Under the pieces are notes generated by a model. The model saw only the letters and a list, made by a program, of their open reading frames with translations. It did not search any database and was not told where the DNA came from. Shown here in pieces: positions 13,301 to 26,375 of a DNA stretch of 64,000 bases; position 1 is the stretch's first letter; every line of letters starts with the position of its first letter. The stretch is from Octopus sinensis (lineage: Eukaryota): assembly GCF_006345805.1 (NCBI RefSeq), contig NC_043000.1, positions 127,968,001 through 128,032,000 of the forward strand, written 5' to 3'. The translations under genes and the position numbers were made by a program.

Positions 13301-16300
13301 GTGAAGATTGATGATTAGCTATTAGTGACAGAAACAATCTTTGTAATGAATATTAATATATTTGTACATCCAACTTAACTTGGATGTGCTGTGCAAATAC
13401 CATAAGCTGCAGTAATCGTCCTCAGATATCATCTCATAGATGTATAGTGCTAAAATGCACAGATTATATCAGCAAATGAAATTTCTTCTGCACCAGTGTT
13501 AGAACTGTTGTATTATGTGATTCCAGCATATTTTCCCATTATCAGCAATAGACACTTAAACATGGAATGTTGGGCCAAAATCTCATCAAACTAATATAAT
13601 ACAAATTAATATTCATTACAAATACTGCTTCCATTGCTAATAGCTTATTTATACAGAGCCTGTCAGCTTTTTGTGATTTAGAGGGAGGAATTTTGAAACT
13701 AGTTTGTTCAGATGGAACAGGAAGAGAAAGAAACAACACATCTATAGGATATTGGGGTGTGAACCTTTGCTAGTTTAACAGAAGGCCTCCTTTTGGATGT
13801 GGTCAAGGATGTTAGTGTCATAAATAGTTGTGTTCCATATATGTGAACAGTATGACAATGAGCTTTGTAGAGAGTCAATTAATCAGAGCTAGCCCAGAAA
13901 AAAGCCTAGTTTTTGTGATGCCGTTTTGGTGATGATATGAAGCGTGATGAAATTTCGGCCCAGCATTCCGTGTTTAGGTGTCTATTGCTGATGGCATAAA
14001 AATACAATAGCGTATTTTCACTAGTGAAATACACTAGCCATTTTCACGCATGTATTTTCAATAGTGTGATGGCATGAAATCACAATACAATAGTCCTACA
14101 CTGGTGCTGATGAAGTTTCATCTGCTAATACAATCTGATTTTTTTAGCATTATTCGTCAATACAAGATGATCTCTCAGAATGATTACTGCAGTTTGTGGT
14201 GTTCATACAGCTCATCCAAGTTAAAATTGGATGTACAACGCCCATGCTAATTCCATGTGAGAAGCACCCATACTGGTGCCATGTAAAAAGCACCCAGTAC
14301 ACTCTGTAAAGTGATTGGTGTTTTATATGTCTTGTTACCAAATAGCTATATACTTCTTCCACAAATTCCTTTCACTTGATCACTTGGATCCTCTTTACCC
14401 AATTTTAATTCTCCATAGTATCTCATGTCTATTCCAGCACAGTCTTTCCTCTTGCACACTGTGTGTAATACCTCTTATACTCGGTTTTTCTTTCAGCTCA
14501 TTTGTGCTTTGCTATTTATGAGCACTAACATAACACATCAAGTAGAACATACTTACTTGATATCTTTCCAACTTTTATACATCCCCTATATTCAAAATGA
14601 TAATAAAGAGGCAGTGGTGTATACCAATGATTATCCCTGTTGGTTCAGCTGTTTTCTTTATTCTGTATCCTTAGTTGAGCTCTTGACCATATTGCTGTCA
14701 ATTATTTTAGTAGCTGTCCACTATTTGTACCTGGTGAAGTCTCTTATGCATTCTCCTCATTCAGCAACCTCTCGTAACAACACTTCTTTACCTCTTTCTT
14801 CTTTGGGTTAGTGAGGGTAAGTGAGCCATTATCATTCCATAAGATTCATATATTAAAATAAACATTAACCCTTTCTTTACTGTATTTAATTTGAGATGCT
14901 CTGTGTTTCTTTCAATTACTTTAAATATAACAAAGAACTTAGTAAAATAACTTAGTTATCATTCAGCTAGTGTTAGGAACATAAATTGTGACTAAGGTTT
15001 GGTGGAAGATTTTAATTGAAAACTTATTAAAACCAGAGCCGGTTTCAGCCGGGTTGGTAATGAAAGGGTTAATTTTGGAAGCACTTTGGCCTGGATATTT
15101 TTTGTTAAACTATTCCATTATTGTTACATTAACTTTGGTAATTATATATTTGAAATCTGTTTGCTATATCTTAAAAGATACATCAACATACACAACATAC
15201 ATCAACAAATATGAATATTTAACCCTTTAGCATTCAGATTATTCTGTCAAATGTAATCCTTACATATTCAGTTTTCAATTAATCAAGCATTATCTCTTAG
15301 CTTTGAGATTCTGATAATATGATTGTTTATTTTTAGAATGACATTGTAGGATAGGTGTGATAGACCAGAGATAGCTGGTTTGAATGTAAATCTGATTGAA
15401 CATTTGGGCTAGATGTGGCCTGTTTACATGCTAAATGGTTAAGACCAAATTAGAATTATAAATATTAACATCAATAGCTTAATGTAAACATTAATTTCAA
15501 ACAAAGCTGCTGTAATTATTGAGAATCTGTTATTTAAAGGATTAATTTGTAAAATTTTGAATGTATAAAATGTTTCTGAATCTACTTAATATATAGACAA
15601 AGTTTTATGTATTTGTTATTCTTTAAAAGATTTCTTTCTTTTACTGATATGTCTATATTTTGTTTTTTGTAGTGAATCTGTTGTGAAGCTAATAACATTA
15701 TCCTATGAAACCCTCACAGAAGCTGTATCCAGTTCTGCTCCATGTGCCATTAAGATGTTTTATGCTGTGCGAAATATGTTTGAGATATTTTGTTGTGTTT
15801 TTCCTACTTACCACAAACAACGTTTGACCACTTTACCACAATTAACTGGTAGGAATCATTTTTACATTTTCCTTACAGTCTTTTAGAACTAATGGATGAA
15901 AAAAATAACAGTGAGATCACAAAGATGATGGTGCCAGTTAGAACTGCAATAAATGTAGGGTTTGAATCTATGTCATGGTGTTGGCTCAAGAGTGCATTAT
16001 TTTTAGTAAAGTATTGCTTATCTCAATCATATCTTACTGTTTCATAGAAGTTTACATATTGTCTCATAGAATTGAAAGGATGTTTGAAAAATCACAATAT
16101 TAAGAACCCAGAAATAAACAAAGATATTTGTTTGGGTACTTGATATTTTCATATTTCTACTGAGAACTAATTGATCTGCATTTCTAAAAAGCATTTGATT
16201 TTGGTAGACCTTCAAAAATTTAATTTAAAAAGTGTTTTTTATTGTACAACACAGTTATGAATGAATCATTTAGGTCTGTGAGTTTTGGTTGCATGTAAGA

Positions 16301-19300
16301 TGTGGAGAGACATTCCCAAGACATGCCTAACTGTTTCTGATCATTCAGGGATGAAGAATAGGTGTTGGCAGGAATAAAGTAGTTAGCATAGAACTGTCAG
16401 AGCTCTGACTAGTCATTTGACTTAAAGTGCAGTAGAGATGGGGAGGTATGGAAGAGTGTAAATGTGATTAAACACTTGAACAGCCAGTTATGTTCAGAGA
16501 CAGTGATGGTCTTATAGAGGGTGGTTTTGAAGGTCCATTGCTTTGCGATTATAAATTAGATATAGATACATGCCAGACATTGTTTTCAAACACAGTATCA
16601 TCACAAAAGCAATCTGCATACATACTAGCAAGTAGCACCATATATACTATCAAATGTTTCCAGAATCTGTGCAGACACTGAGTTATAGACTTCAGTGAAC
16701 ATTCAGGAATTTTTTTTTTGTCACTAAATGCAATAACAATAATAAAAAGAATAATAAGAGGACATATGCCATGAAACTTCAATCAAGTATTGAAAACAAT
16801 GGTAGTGGGAGAAAAAGAGGGACAGATCTGTTATTGACAGTAAGTGGTAATGTGTGGAAAATCTATAAATAGATTCAGTAGAAGCTAAATATTTCTTAAC
16901 ACCTGAATGAAATAATAGCTTTTAGATTTCTTTTTGGTTTCCATTTTCTGTGTTGAGTTCTTTCATTTATACTGCTAGTATTTGAAGTAACACTTCTCTG
17001 TTCAAACTTTGAATATGTAATTAAATTCTGACTGTCTGTGTGTGTACACATCTATGAAATCATGAGTACATAAATTGTTCTATCCACTTCTATTCTCTTC
17101 ATATTGTAAGTCAATTAATCAAAAATATAGTTTAGATGCCTGATGAATTCTTAAACCATACACTCATAAAACTGTGTGTGTAGCAATGCTTTAGTTTTTG
17201 ACTAGTCTTACCTCAGCCTTAATCTATTGGACTCAGTCACATAGAGGTAACTAATCAATCATTTCAGAACAGTTCACAGGTCCTGCACATTGGATAAACT
17301 GCACTTCTGTTTTGTTTGCAATTGTATTTCGCATTCCATCATATACAGGATTGTAGAGTACAGTGGTCAGGATAAGTTCTATACAGTTTGTTGACCAGTG
17401 ATTTGGTATATCCAATTAGAATGAGATTCTAAAGGAAGTACACATGCTTGATTCAGTGTGTTCTAGTCTGGGTTCTTCTGGATTTATTAAGAGTAACCCT
17501 GCACTGATTCTGTGTCTGCAGAAAAGAAAATAAGTGATGAGGGAGAGGTTTCAATAATATTATTAAGAAAGACACAGGTGTCTCTAATGAAATGTTATTA
17601 GTTTGTATCTTTTCACTTAGTCCTTTACTAAAAGTTAGAAATATAAACTATTTGGTAGTGATATATTTAACTATCTTAGAAAGCAACTATTAGTTTAGTA
17701 ATTTACCATACCATCTCATGTTGATAAATAGACAACAATAGTTACATCTGTGTCATTAATATTTCGATATCTCTTTTCCATACTGGCATGGATTGATAGG
17801 ATCTGCAATGCAACATCTCAATCCAGCGTCTTCTTGTCTCTCAAGCATTTCTTATGCCACAGGTACTCTCTACACCAAAAATTCATTGTAATTTTCACCT
17901 CAGCATCTAAATTATGCAATTGTTTCTCCTACATACAATGCAAAATGCTTCTGATACCCAGCTACTTGCTCAAGCCACTTATAATCAGTTCTTTTTTTTT
18001 TATCCTTTATTTCCTTATAAATTTATTTTGCACATGAATACTTGGCTCAATCCATTCTCATCATTCTATTTCCTCTGCACTCACCAACTTGTTTGGCACC
18101 ACACTTCATGTGATACCTTGAGTTTACCTTTTATACAAAAGAAGAAATCAGTTTATAATTATATTTCTCACTTGCTATCATCATTATTTTAATAGTGAGG
18201 ATGCAATATATTAGTAAGTTTCCAGCAAACAATCTGAGTCCTGACATTCATTTTCAATTGGTATTGTTTAATTTCCTTTATATTGCCATTATCCTTGAGA
18301 AAGTATGTTGTCACATTCTATATCTCATCCTCTAAAATTTTTAAGCTTCATCTCGTATGAAAAACAATAATTAATAATGTTGCTTGAATGGCAGTTTCCC
18401 ACACCTAAGATAAATATTTACCTAACTTTCACTGGTGTAGCATTAAAATTGACACAATGTGTAACAGAACATTGCTTCATTTTAGAAAGTTGATGATATT
18501 TTGTGTATTTGAATCCTAAACTTTTTAAATATTTTGTTATATTGCAGCCATCCACTACAACAATTGTATGTACATAGCTCATCATCTTATGCTCCTTGGG
18601 CCTCAATTCAATCGTATGCTACCACCTCCACTGTGTGAGGGTGCAGGTACATTCATGGACCTAATTCAGAAAATCCGTTCAATTGGAACAGGGGATTTGT
18701 TGCAACAAATGGCAACACAAAGAAAGGATATTCTTGAATGCCTTAGCTCTGCTGCAGGTAAAGTTTTTATAAATTTATATGAACATTTTCTGATGTTTTC
18801 TTTTCTTATTTTTCTTTTAATCAATGTATGTATCTGTATAAATATATATATAAATTATAAAACGGATCTGTTTTAGAATTTCCAACCATGAGTTTTCTGC
18901 TGAGTATTCTGCAGACATGTATACTCCCTTAACATAATTCTCAGGTAGAATCAGCAAGATCTTTGAATCAACTTCTTTTATATTTGTCTTTAGACTGTGG
19001 TTATGCTGGGGTGCTGTCTTCAAGAATTTTTAGCCAAATATATAGACTCCAGTACTTTTTGTTTTAAAAGACTAGTACTTATTCTATCATTTTCTTTTTA
19101 ACAAACCTCTATGTTACAGGGACATAAACACACCAACACTGGTTGTCAAGTGGTGGTGGGACAGACACACACATATGTATACATACACAACAGGCTTCTT
19201 TCAGTTTCTATCCACCAAATCCACTCACAGCTTTAGTTGATCTGAGGCTATGGTAGAAGGTATTTGCCCAGGTGCCATGCTGTGGCACTGAACCATGTGA

Positions 19301-20166
19301 TTGGAAAGCAAGCTTCTCACCACACAACCAGACCAATGTATTTTTATGCAGTTTCTTGTGCAGTGTCACACACAAACACTAGTCATTGATTTAATAATAA
19401 TGATCAGAAGTGGGGAATACTTGATGTCACTTTTGTATGATTCTTTTGATATTTCCTTTTTCTCCTTTATATCTCTGGATGTTTTCAAATTCTAGGATTT
19501 GTTTCCATTTCTGACGAAAGAAACCGTTTTTCTGCTGAGCGCTCTATTAAGCAAGTTGTCTACAAGCTGAACCACCTAAAAACAGTATGGGAAGACATTC
19601 TTCCTCCTAATATCTACTTCAAAGCTATGGGTTTGTAATATTATTTACTTATTTATTCCTGTCTTTCTGATGTGCTATCTCATAATTTAGTTCTTAACAT
19701 TTTGATTTTTGTAACTTCCAAATTTGTTCCTTTATTTTTTCTAATTTTAAATATAAGAATTTTTTTTTTATCCCCATTTATAGGTGCACTTATAAACTGT
19801 GTCTTGGTGGAAATGATTAGCAGCATCATAAATTTAGTGGACATAAGTGCAGAAGAAGCCAGTCACCTGCATCAACTGCTTTGTCTTTTGAATGAGAAAG
19901 CTGAACCATTGTTTTGTACGAAACATAATGATGATTCAAGTAACAATGCTCATGTCAAAATTCAGTTACAACGGAACATTCCTAGCTGGATAAAGTTTAA
20001 AGAACTCATTTTTGTTCTTAATGCCAATTTACAAGAAATTTCTGACCGGTGGGCTGATGGCAAAGGCGTTTTAGCACATGAGTTTTCAAGTAATGAAATG
20101 AAACTGTTGATTCAAGCTCTATTTCAAAATACTGACAGACGAGCTGCTGTGTTAGCTCGGTTATAG
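3796..20166 (+). CDS. ZW10: Centromere/kinetochore protein ZW10 homolog, complete, 7 coding exons, 761 aa
   Basis: Manual join 3796-3838, 6780-6982, 8840-9975, 15673-15848, 18548-18757, 19496-19630, 19784-20166 = 2286 nt. All introns are GT-AG and phases are consistent (1,0,2,1,1,1). Recognisable ZW10 motifs: FANKKCQEILEAAHKLMTSEIH, LPTCHISESV, IHYNNCMYIAHHL, DRWADGKG, ALFQNTDRRAAVLARL*. Confidence 0.95.
5822..6405 (+). mobile_element. tRNA-derived SINE head (5822-5975) and 3' half (6215-6405), interrupted by an antisense RTE-tail element (5985-6210)
   Basis: Similar to the fuller copy at 61705-62110. The (ATC)n-tailed element lies between the two halves. Confidence 0.7.
6780..6982 (+). CDS. 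ZW10: ZW10 exon 2
   Basis: ttcttgtAG acceptor and GTTAGT donor. Encodes SSENYDITTKLNELSRRINKMK...INTE, which resembles the ZW10 N-terminal helix. Confidence 0.9.
7131..7512 (-). mobile_element. Full-length octopus-type tRNA-derived SINE
   Basis: Reverse complement of 61705-62110: head GGCGTAGGAGTGGCTGTGTGGTAAG, central (TA/TG)n, and ...GAAACAAGTAAAAGAG tail. Confidence 0.85.
8840..9975 (+). CDS. ZW10: ZW10 exon 3 (1136 nt)
   Basis: gtctttcAG acceptor and GTTAGT donor at 9976. Lies within ORF 8789-9991. Confidence 0.95.
10088..10420 (-). mobile_element. RTE-LINE 3'-end-type element with (GAT)n tail and about 65-bp internal subrepeats
   Basis: (ATC)n-TTTAACATCCG...CAGCTGGATGCCCTTCCTAA motif. 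Recurs at 21885, 22290, 24435, 33820, 36075, 53410 and 56725. Confidence 0.75.
14869..15068. mobile_element. piggyBac-type MITE family A (TTAA TSD)
   Basis: TTAA|CCCTTTC ... GAAAGGG|TTAA. Other copies at 22793-22996, 37278-37497 (reversed, TTAA both sides) and about 12541-12741 (degenerate). Confidence 0.8.
15223..15438. mobile_element. piggyBac-type MITE family B (TTAA TSD)
   Basis: TTAA|CCCTTTAGCAT ... ATGCTAAATGG|TTAA. Second copy at 39112-39320. Confidence 0.75.
15673..15848 (+). CDS. ZW10: ZW10 exon 4
   Basis: ttttttgtAG acceptor and GTAGGA donor. Encodes ESVVKLITLSYETL...PTYHKQRLTTLPQLT. Confidence 0.93.
18548..18757 (+). CDS. ZW10: ZW10 exon 5
   Basis: attgcAG acceptor and GTAAAG donor. 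Encodes IHYNNCMYIAHHL...LECLSSAA. Confidence 0.93.
19496..19630 (+). CDS. ZW10: ZW10 exon 6
   Basis: ttctAG acceptor and GTTTGT donor. Encodes FVSISDERNRFSAERSIKQVVYKLNHLKTVWEDILPPNIYFKAM. Absent from the ORF track. Confidence 0.9.
19784..20166 (+). CDS. ZW10: ZW10 exon 7 (last coding exon)
   Basis: catttatAG acceptor. Ends ALFQNTDRRAAVLARL-TAG. Confidence 0.95.
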
Positions 20167-23079
20167 TTCCTTAGTTAATTATAACAACTGTAGCTTTAAA
20201 AGTATGGGACTTGCAAACTTCTGTTAGTTACATGTCACATTTTACTCAACTTCTCTGAAGATTTTCACCTGTGACTTTCATCCTTCCTAACATATTTTGT
20301 CTGTCATATCTGTTTGCTATCCCTCTTTCTCTCTCTCTCTCCATACACACACAAACACTACATACATTCTGTCAGAAAATGAAGGGATGATCACAGCAAG
20401 AAATGCTTTTGATTGTAGGTCTGCTTAACCTGGATCTAAACAACAACACATTGTTTTTTTGTTGTCTTGACTTGCAATGTCTGGCTTGCACACCTCAGAA
20501 AATAGTATTGGCTGTATTTAGTGGGGAAAGTGCTGTGAGATGCAATAGATTTTCAACTCGAGCCTTTTGTGACCATATTTCTGTTGAAATACACTGCCTT
20601 TATTTCATTTAATTTTTAAAATATTGAATTTTTTGAAAAAAATAACTGTTATTAAGCTGGTTAATTTAACACTGGAATATTGAGGGGAAGTTTAAATTTA
20701 TATCACTTTAAAACAGGAAATTTGTATCATAGAACCAGGGAGTTTTGGATAGGATGGCATCAAATGGGTTCAATAAACTAATTATAGATTAAGAGGAGGA
20801 ACATTTTGTGGGGTTATTCCTTAGCTTGCTTATATCATTTATACATTTTTCACAGGCTACATACAGAGTCTCAGTGGTGCTACATGTCTACTAGGCCTGT
20901 TTTATATTATGTACATGTATTTCTCTTTCAATCTGCTTGTCTATATTAACCTTTGCAGATGTAAATTGAATACTCTCTTCCTTATCTAAAGCAGATATTG
21001 CATCCATTCATATGATAATGGACTTCATTATTAAATAAAGGCTAATTTGATTTCTGGAAAATTGGGTGACTTTTCAGTTTTAATATATTTTAGCCTCTCT
21101 TACATTTGGTTTTTATTTTATTTATGCATAAGCACTTTCATATCTTCTCACACAGTCTCTATCTCTCTCTCCTCTGACAGTATTTCTCACAAATGCATAC
21201 AAAATTTCTTCCCATATTAATTCTACAGTTTGTACATTAACAGAAACATTTTATATAAAAATATATATATAAATACAAATTTTTTTTATATTTATCCTTG
21301 CTGACTTTTTTTCTATAAATAGTATAAAAAATTGTTTATATCCAATTGACTTCTTGTTATTTGCTGTGGAATAAACATTCTATTTCCTTAAATTTTTTTT
21401 GTAATTTCCTCAAAGTTAATTTGCAAGGTTTGCAAATCAGTAAAACAAAAAGCACTTACAACCTCAACTATAGTAATATTATGTCTTACTTGAGTTGATC
21501 CAACATTTACTTTGTTTCAAGAAAAAAATATAACTGCTCCATCACAAAATTAAGCCTAAAGTTGTCAAAACATTGGTTAAACATCAATAGCTAGATGGAT
21601 GTACTTATGAATATAAAATACAATGTGAACATTAATTAATGGAAACAACGAATTCAGTTATAAAATTCAGATACAAATCTATAAAGGTTTAGTTTTGTAG
21701 TTTTATTGATTATCATAGTATTTCAGAACAAGTTTGTAGCATTGTGCCAATGTGAAAAAACAGTATTTGAAGAATGACTAAAGAAGAGAGAAAATATTAG
21801 GAAACTGAACCCAAAACCATTTGGATGCAATGCAAAGTTTTTCCCATGCAGTCACAACTGCAATTACGTGTGTGTGTGTGTTTTCATCATCATCATCATT
21901 TAATGTCCACTTTCCATGCTGGCATGGGTTGGACGGTTCGATAGGAGCTGGCTAAGTAGAAGACCTCACAGGCTTCAGTATCTATATTGGCATGGTTTTT
22001 ACAACTGGATGCCCTTCACACACACCCTTTGATTTTTAATTTACAAAACAGTTGCAGTAACAACGTTCTCTATTATTAATGAATATTCTTCGAATCCATA
22101 GAGATTTCTGATGCTGATATTAAAAAGGTTATAACAGGCGTGATGGGGGAGACACTTGATGTTGAAATGGTAACAAATAAAATTCTTTCTTAAAAGAATG
22201 GTTTGTAATGGAAGGGTGATGAAATGCTAACATTTGGGTATTCAATATAGATTTGTTTGCTTTCACAGAAAATCTCCAATAGTTAGATGAGGGAGGATCA
22301 GATTGGAGCCTGTTGCAGCCTACTGGCCTGCCAGTCAAACCGTCCAGCCCATGCCAGCATGGAAAACAGATGTTGATGATGATGAGGTGGGGATAAGTAA
22401 GCCTCAATGTGGTTGCCAAATCTATTTGAAATAAATTCTCTGCAGTATGCACCATTACTCTCTTAGAACAGAAGCTATATAATGAAATATTGTGGTCTTG
22501 GGGTCTGTTAAATTTTTTTCTAATCCCAAGAAGCTTTTTCAAATTTCCTACACTGATGTAGTTTTACCTGCTGATGACAAAAATCATGTTCATTTTCTCT
22601 AGAAAGTAACAAAAAAAAAGTTGCAAGCTTTCAAAGTTATCATTTTAACAATTGGAAGCCTCTATTACTGCTGTACCAGAAGTCACAATTGTCTGTTTCT
22701 ATGGGAATAGCATTTTACTGTTATATATTTCCAGTCGGAGTGCAGCAAATAGGATTTGTCTTAAACACAAGTCTGATTTTCTTTTGCTTTAACCCTTTTA
22801 TTACTGTAATTATTTTTAGATGCTCTGTGTTTCTTTCAATTACTTAAAATATAACAAAGAATTTAGTAAAATAATTTAGTTATCATTCAGCTAGTGTCAG
22901 GAACATAAATTGTAACTAAGATTTGGAGGAAGATTTTAATTCAAAACTTATGAAAACAAAACATTTGTACTCAGAGCCGGGTTGGTAATAAAAGGGCTAA
23001 CATGAGCTCCTTGGCAGTGAGTTGTGTTAGTCTGTTGGAGAATAAGAAGGCAGAGGAAGAAGCATTTTACCAAAGGAGA

Positions 23080-23410
23080 TGTATCAGAAATAACATGCTA
23101 TGAGCATGCAACTACACCACAGAAGTATGTATTGTCACTGTACAGAAGTGCCATGAGTAATGTCTGCATCAGAAAAACACATGGTTGGAAAAGGGCACCC
23201 TTAGGAGTGGCATTCTGTTTTTTATGAAGAGGAATTAGGAATCAGCTGCACCACAGCTGTTGATTACAACAATTATGAGAAACATGTGCAAAGGATTTAC
23301 TCAACAATCCATTAAATAATGGTGGTTCCAGCAGAATTGTTGAAATAGATGAAGCAGTATTTTTGAAGTGATAATACAACATAAGTTGAATGTTACCCAG
23401 GCAGTGGGTT
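23080..23410 (+). pseudogene. Old Merlin (ISXO2-like) transposase remnant
   Basis: Frameshifted EELGISCTTAVDYNNY...DLLNNPLNNGGSSRIVEIDEAVFLK**YNIS*MLPRQWV, matching the Merlin VEIDES / RKYNxGR / QWVFGG pattern. Confidence 0.75.
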
Positions 23411-23419
23411 GAGCTTATC

Positions 23420-23850
23420 TCAGATAGTCATACTGTAAATGCTCAACTGCAGCAAGTATATGATACTTTGAAAGCCTGCTACATTGTATTGACTATGTCC
23501 TAGCACATGTCCTGCTACAGAATGACAATGTCCTAGCACACATAGCCAATACAACCAAGTACAAACTTGAGGGACTGTAAGTGCTGCCTCACTCAGCTTA
23601 CAGTCCAAACCTTGTACCATAGATTACCACCTTTTCCAAACCATAGCTCATTTCTTGCATGGATGGAGGTTGAAAACAGATGCAGGGAGTTTTTTTGCCT
23701 CTAAACCAGCCAAATTGTATAAGCATGGAGTCGAGCTTCTGGTACAACAATGGTAACAGACAATAGATTATGATGGGGTATTTTTGATGAATTAATGCTT
23801 TTTGTATGTAATTTGTTTGAACTATTAATTAAAGCTCGTAATATGAATAA
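23420..23850 (+). pseudogene. Mariner transposase 3' remnant
   Basis: VLLQNDNVLAHIAN...VLPHSAYSPNLVP*DYHLFQTIAHFL...CREFFASKP...YDG, matching the HDNARPH and YSPDLAPSDY motifs. Confidence 0.8.
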
Positions 23851-25860
23851 ACTTGTGACTCAACCATGTATTTCTTGTGCACATGTTCAATATATCAGTT
23901 CACCATCTACTTTCATTCCCAACTCAGAAATCATGATCAACTACCTGGCCTTCACTATCCAATATTTCACAGTAACTATCTTACATATAATAAAATGCAA
24001 TATGTGTCTTGATCACACTCAGAAAAGAAGAGTAAAACAACAAATGGAGTAAGAGATGATCAGAGACACTAAATGCAGGCAAAATGGTTTTGCACTGTTG
24101 TAAGTCACTGCTGTTTTAATCAAAATAAAACTGCTAATTTTTATCATAAATTATATTTAGTTTATCAGTTTCACACACACACACATACATATATATAAAT
24201 AATATATATGAAATTAAGCATAGAACTCTTGTTTTCAAAATATTTGCTTTTCTAAGAAGAGAATAACATTTTACAGATTTCACCACTCTAAGAAATGGAA
24301 ACAAACATGCATGCATCTAGAACCATACATGCATAGGTTTATATGAATACATATGCATATGTGTAGATACATACATATATATACACAGATAGAGATATTT
24401 ATATATAAAGAAGGTTATATATATATATATATTCAAATGAGGTCGTTGCCAGTGCTGCTGAACTGACTCCTGTGCAGGTGGCATGTAAAAAACACCATTT
24501 GAGAGTGGTCATTGCCGTCAGACTGGCCCTCATGCCGGTGGCACGTAAAAGCACTCACTACACTCGGAGTGGTTGGTGTTAGGAAGGGCATCCAGCTGTA
24601 GAAACTGCCAGATCAGATTGGAGCCTGGTGCAGCCATCTGGTTCGCCAATCCTCAGTCAAATCGTCCAACCCATGCTAGAATGGAAAGCAGACATTAAAT
24701 AACGATGAGATATATATATATATATATATATATACAGTTTTATGCTTTATTGTAGGACCAATGAAAGCGTTGTGAATAGATCTGGATAGAAATTGAAAAA
24801 GACCTTGTGAGAGAGAGACAGTTTGTTTTACTGTCTCCTTGCCCAATTCTGGAGCCACCGGCGAGAAACTTGCTGGCATGGGACCGAAATACAACAAAAC
24901 AAGACAAGGTCGAGATGAGGCCATTAGTGGACGGACAAGGAACAAAACAATAAACTGAGTAAAGGGTTCATATTTAAAAATTTTTTTATGGGGGTGGGTA
25001 CAAAAGGAAATTATATAACGTGCATACATATTGTCCACATAACGTGTGTGTATATATATATATATATATATTTAAAAAATCTCAAATTTTATTTAATTTG
25101 CTTTGCGAGAAGGACTGTTTTAACCAAGTCACGTCTTGTCCCTACCTAAAAACGCGGAATATATAAAACAGGGGACAACTGATGAAGGGAATGTTCTTTT
25201 ATGTTGCCTGTCTCGTTTCTCTATTTGTTTCTTTCGTTGTTCGAAAAAAAGTTCGTTTTCTATGCTTTTGCTTTTTATGTTCTCGTTTCTCATTTTGTTT
25301 ACGTCTGTTGACGTCCTGTACCCATATATGCATGTATATATACATATATATGTTGGTATGTACATATACGTATGTATATATACATATATTTATATTATAT
25401 TAATTACATATATATATATATATATATTATATAGAGAGATATATACTCTCATTATGAGGCCGATATTTTCACCCGAGACGTTACAACCGTATCTAATTCT
25501 GTGTATATGCATATATTTATTCGATTGCTGACATTTATCAATGATTTCTCTCATTGTATTGATAATGTTATTTTCTTTCATAAATACTATGCTAGTATTT
25601 ATAATAATGTTAAAAGCGAAACTTTACTATTCTATTTCGTTTTGGGATTTGGTTTGCAAGATTCTTTATATGAGTTCGTGTGTTGAAGCATATTCTGTTT
25701 TGTCTGGGGAGAGTCATTTTCTTTTTGTAAGGCACAAAAAGAAAATCACTCTCTCCAGACACAACAGAATTTACTATTCTACACTTTCACTTTCTTAGAA
25801 AATGAAATACCGTTCTACTTCCGTGTGAGGGTGTTTAGTCATTTCTCTAACTTCACGATT

Positions 25861-26375
25861 ATGCCAAGACCACGCAATCCTACTTCAATCCTTCCTGAAA
25901 ATATTTCACCAATACCTTTAAGAGATTTGTGCAATTTGGAAATAAGTTTTGAGCAAATGATTCTTGATGGTGTCAACAGTCGAGATTTGGAGGGAACGAT
26001 GCGATGGCTTACAAAACACAACCTACTAGCGAACACGAGAAATTGCGAACAGTGTCAAGAACCCATGCGTCTTGTTGCAGATGTCGCTAAATATCCAACA
26101 GACGTGAAGAAATGGAATTGTCGTAAGTGTAAGAAAGAAAAATCGGTACGGGAAGGATCTATTTTCTCAAAATCTAAATTACCTCTTTACAAAGCTACTC
26201 AGCTGCTCTACTTATGGTCAACCGACTGTCCTCGGAAAATGCTATTAAATGAGATACGAGTATCGGAGCGTACGGTAGCGGGCTGGTTTGACTTTGTGGG
26301 TGATATTTGTCGTAGGTGTATGCTTGTTCACGACAAAAATCTCGGTGGCTTTGATGATGCTGGCAATTATTTCAG
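25861..26375 (+). mobile_element. Merlin/ISXO2-like transposase N-terminal half (Zn-finger), open frame but truncated before the DDE core
   Basis: MPRPRN...LLANTRNCEQCQEPM...KWNCRKCKKEKSVREGSIFSKSKL...TVAGWFDFVGDIC...NLGGFDDAG. Similarity ends just before the expected VEIDES; stop at 26443-45. Confidence 0.85.

Noticed and set aside
25100-25730. Possible Penelope-like terminal-repeat remnants
   Set aside because: Based only on recollection of similar octopus repeats. No RT or GIY-YIG coding signal is visible.
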